DNA from: an uncultured Chloroflexia bacterium
GTDB taxonomy: Bacteria > Chloroflexota > Chloroflexia > Thermomicrobiales > UBA6265
Direction of reading: 5' to 3'
Assembly: GCA_963724295.1 (NCBI GenBank)
Contig: CAVRUC010000003.1
Span: 64,001 to 128,000, forward strand
Length of the DNA: 64,000 nt
Part shown: positions 61,046-64,000 of the stretch, piece after piece
Numbering within the stretch: position 1 is the first letter of the stretch
How the letters are laid out: each line of letters opens with the position of its first letter
Notes under the pieces: model-generated
The model's database searches: none
The model's input: only the letters and a program-made list of their open reading frames with translations
Told to the model about the DNA's origin: nothing
Made by a program: the position numbers and the translations under genes

Positions 61046-61967
61046 CTAGATCAACCGGATGCGCGGGTCGAGCAGGGTGTACAGGATGTCGGTGAAGAGA
61101 TAGGTAATCCCCCAGACGACCGCCACCAGCAGCACCAGCGCCAGGATCATCGGGTAGTCGCGGGTCAGGGTCGACGTCACGAAGAAGCGACCGAGACCGG
61201 GCACGCGGAAGATCTGCTCGATGAAGATCGACCCGGTGAGGATATTGGGAATCTCCGGGATCATGATCGTCACGAACGGAATCATTGCGTTGCGGGCGAC
61301 ATGCCAGACCAGTACCCGGCGCTCGGCGAGTCCCTTGGCCCGCGCCGTGCGGACGTGGTCCGCGCCCAGACTCTCCAACAGGCTGACCCGGGTGTAGCGT
61401 GCGACGAGCGACGTCGGTAGCAGTGAATAGGCGATGACCGGCAGGATGAGGTGGGCGGGGCTGCCCCACCCCCCCGTCGGCAACCATCCCAGTCCGACGC
61501 TGAAAAGCAAGATCAGCCAGATGGCAACCACGAAGTTTGGCACGACCATACCCAGCGTCGAACCGAACGTCACGCGCATAGTCGATCCAGGAGTTGCGAT
61601 GCAGCGCCGCAAGCACGCCAAGCACGATGCCCAGCGGATAGGAGATCAGGATCGTTAGCGTCCCAATCATCAGCGTTACCGGCCAGGTCTGTTTGATCAG
61701 GTCGACGACCGTCTGGCTCGGACTCTGGAAGGGAATCCCGAAATCGCCGTGCAGCACGTTCCAGATGTAGCGGCCGTACTGGACCAGGATTGGCTGGTCG
61801 AAGCCGTACTTCGCGGCCCGCGCGATCTGCGTCGCCTCCGGTAGCTCGCGTTCTCCCGAGGCGAACGGATCGCCGGGAACCGCCCGCGTCAACAGAAAGG
61901 TGATGAGCGAGACGGCGAAGAGAACGAAGACCAGCCCGAGCAATCGCCCCAGGATGTATCGCGCCAT
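61046..61967 (-). CDS. Oligopeptide ABC permease (OppB-like), frameshift near 61575
   Basis: PGDP and GDFG in one frame; VPNF, RTARAKG, RNA, IEQIF.VPGLG and RDYP in the next frame. Confidence 0.85.
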
Positions 61968-62024
61968 CGCGCCTCCCGCGCCGGCCGCGCAGAATCGTCA
62001 ATGTTGAGCGGGTAGACTACACGA

Positions 62025-62152
62025 AAGTCGGAAGTCGGCAAGTCGGGAGTCGGAAGTGAGACGGCTGTTCGAAGACGGCAAGACGGCAAGACGGCGAGGA
62101 GTGGTGCCTGCACGCCCGTCACCCATCACCCATCACCCATCACCTAACACCC
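62025..62152. repeat. Three 7-mer arrays (AAGTCGG, AAGACGGC, CACCCAT) in the divergent intergenic region and 5' end of the oxidoreductase
   Basis: AAGTCGGAAGTCGGCAAGTCGGGAGTCGG; (AAGACGGC)x3; (CACCCAT)x3 followed by CACCTAACACCC. Confidence 0.75.
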
Positions 62153-64000
62153 GGCTCCTCCGTCATCCGTGGCGCCTGCCCACACGACTGCCCGGACACC
62201 TGCGCCACGCTGGTCGAGGTGCGCGATGGCCGTGCGGTCGGATTTCACGGCGATCCCGATCATCCCTTCACCCGGGGCTGGCTCTGCGCCAAGGTGCGTC
62301 CGTATCTGGACCGCGTCTACTCGCCTGACCGGCTGCAGTACCCGCTCCGCCGCGTAGGCGCCAAGGGGAGCGGCGAGTGGGCCCGTATCTCCTGGGATGA
62401 CGCCATCGGTGAGATTGCGGAGCGGTGGCAGGGCATCATCGCCGAGCATGGCGCGGCGGCGATCCTCCCCTATTCCTTCAGCGGCACGCTCGGGTTGCTG
62501 CAGGGCGGAGTCGCCAGCATCCGTCTCTGGAACCGGATGGGCGTCAGCGGTCTGGAACGCTCGATCTGCGGCGCCGCTGCCGAAACCGCGGTCAAGATGA
62601 CGCTCGGCGGACGCCTCGCCCCGGACGCTCGCGATGTTCGCCACAGTCGACTCATCGTCATCTGGGGACACAACCCGGCCAGCACGTCGCCACACTTCAT
62701 GCCCTTCATGCGTGATGCGCAGCGCGACGGCGCCTACGTCGTCGTCATCGATCCCCGGCGCTCGACGACCGCGCGATCGGCTGACGAGCATCTCCGGCCG
62801 CGCCCGGCGACCGACGGCGCGCTGGCGCTTGGACTCATGCACGTCCTCTTCGCGGAAGGACTTCATGACGAAGCCTGGCTGCGCCAGCACAGCGTCGGCT
62901 GGGAGGATCTGCGCCAGCGAGTGCAGGAGTACCCACCGCAGCGGGTCGCCGCGATCACCGGTATTCCGGCGGAGCAGATCGTGGCTCTGGCTCGCCGGTA
63001 TGGCACGACAAAACCGGCCCTGCTGAAGTTTGCCGACGGCATCCAGCGGCATGGCAACGGCGGTCAGACGTGTCGCGCGCTCGCCTCGCTCCCCGCGGTC
63101 GTCGGCCAGATCGGGGTGCGAGGTGGCGGGCTCTACTACTCCACCTCGGACTATGTCTCCTGGCAAGGCGAGGCACTAAGCCATCGCTCTGAGTGCCCGC
63201 CCGAGCCGCGGCGGATCAACATGAATCGCCTTGGCGCGGCGCTGACCGGGGAGGTCAGCGATCCGCCGGTGATGAGTCTGTACGTCTTTGCCGCGAACCC
63301 GGTGAGCGCTTCGCCGAATGCCGGTCTCATTGTCGAGGGGATGCGCCGGGACGACCTCTTCACCGTGGTCCACGAGCAGTTCATGACTGATACCGCGCAG
63401 CTGGCGGACATCGTGCTCCCGGCGACCACCCAGTTGGAGCAGGTCGATCTGCACAAGCCCTACGGGCAGCGACACCTGCAATATAACCATGCGGCGATCG
63501 CACCCCTGGGCGAAGCCAGGAGCAACTGGGATGTCAGCCGTCTCCTGGCGCGCGCGATGGGATACGACGAACCGTGGCTCCACGACGAAGCGGAAGACGT
63601 GCTGCGCGAGATCCTGGACGCCTCCCGGCCGAAGAACCCAACGCTGGATGGGATCACGCTGGAGCGGCTGCAGGCTGAAGGGACGGTGGCGTACACGTTC
63701 CCGGACGACGATTCGGTCCCATTCGCCGATGGCCGCTTCCGGACACCCTCGGGAAAGGTCGAGCTGCGCTGCGAGGCCATGGCCGCGCTTGGTCTCGATC
63801 CGGTGCCTGATTACCAGCCGCCCGCCGAGTTCGTGGCCGGTCTGGCGCCCGATGAAGCCGGGCAGCCACCGCTGGTGCTGATTACCGGCGCCGCCCACCA
63901 CTTCGTGACCACGTCGATGGCGAACCAGCCGGGTCTCGTCGCCAAGGAAGGCACGCCGTTCATCGAGATCAGTCCGGACGATGCCGCCGCGCGCCAGATC
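62108..64000 (+). CDS. Molybdopterin (bis-MGD/DMSO reductase family) oxidoreductase, runs off the right edge
   Basis: Read manually: GACPHDCPDTC...LCAKV (4Fe-4S), RISWDDA, WGHNP, VVIDP, TDTAQLADIVLPA and TPSGKVEL. The only in-frame start seen is CTG 62108. Confidence 0.88.
   Translation, partial: MHARHPSPITHHLTPGSSVIRGACPHDCPDTCATLVEVRDGRAVGFHGDPDHPFTRGWLCAKVRPYLDRVYSPDRLQYPLRRVGAKGSGEWARISWDDAIGEIAERWQGIIAEHGAAAILPYSFSGTLGLLQGGVASIRLWNRMGVSGLERSICGAAAETAVKMTLGGRLAPDARDVRHSRLIVIWGHNPASTSPHFMPFMRDAQRDGAYVVVIDPRRSTTARSADEHLRPRPATDGALALGLMHVLFAEGLHDEAWLRQHSVGWEDLRQRVQEYPPQRVAAITGIPAEQIVALARRYGTTKPALLKFADGIQRHGNGGQTCRALASLPAVVGQIGVRGGGLYYSTSDYVSWQGEALSHRSECPPEPRRINMNRLGAALTGEVSDPPVMSLYVFAANPVSASPNAGLIVEGMRRDDLFTVVHEQFMTDTAQLADIVLPATTQLEQVDLHKPYGQRHLQYNHAAIAPLGEARSNWDVSRLLARAMGYDEPWLHDEAEDVLREILDASRPKNPTLDGITLERLQAEGTVAYTFPDDDSVPFADGRFRTPSGKVELRCEAMAALGLDPVPDYQPPAEFVAGLAPDEAGQPPLVLITGAAHHFVTTSMANQPGLVAKEGTPFIEISPDDAAARQI

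Noticed and set aside
60117..61967. Apparent 616-aa OppB-OppC fusion
   Set aside because: Artefact of the frameshift near 61575. The middle section is out-of-frame sequence and oppC has its own ATG at 61043.
62500..62600. Selenocysteine in the molybdopterin oxidoreductase
   Set aside because: The candidate ligand region reads ERSICGAA with TGC, and no in-frame TGA was seen.

Overview
High-GC bacterial chromosomal window, most likely from Chloroflexota/Thermomicrobiales. This is inferred from the frequent 'ATP/QDATPA' linkers, an L,D-transpeptidase with (Y/F)xPETGH repeats and an 'FDxxTR..RR' Cys-rich Tat substrate. Contents from left to right: tig-clpP-clpX (minus strand); an SH3b-M23 peptidase; a ~15 kb purine catabolism operon (aceB, OHCU decarboxylase-uricase fusion, uraH, allantoate amidohydrolase, allB, xanthine dehydrogenase-like subunits, DUF3830-like gene, BMP-type ABC transporter); a divergent PRTase; sodA; pntAAB; an AzgA-type permease; apt; stress genes; a GH1; a minus-strand copper-handling operon with a divergent CDF transporter; tatA; an L,D-transpeptidase; an M16 peptidase; an Opp-type ABC system; and the start of a molybdopterin oxidoreductase. 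The most interesting signal is the copper operon. It ends in a DsbA-like gene whose CxxC reads TGA-Pro-Gly-Cys followed by a SECIS-like hairpin (probable selenoprotein). It also contains a CopC-CopD-YtkA-cytochrome c-extra-domain fusion and starts with a putative PPPR-ending leader peptide. A compact three-way-junction RNA covering the RBS of the purine permease is a riboswitch candidate. Several frameshifts, mostly at 58-62 kb, look like sequencing indels. No CRISPR array, rRNA, tRNA or intact transposase was seen. All family calls are from motif recognition, not from database searches.
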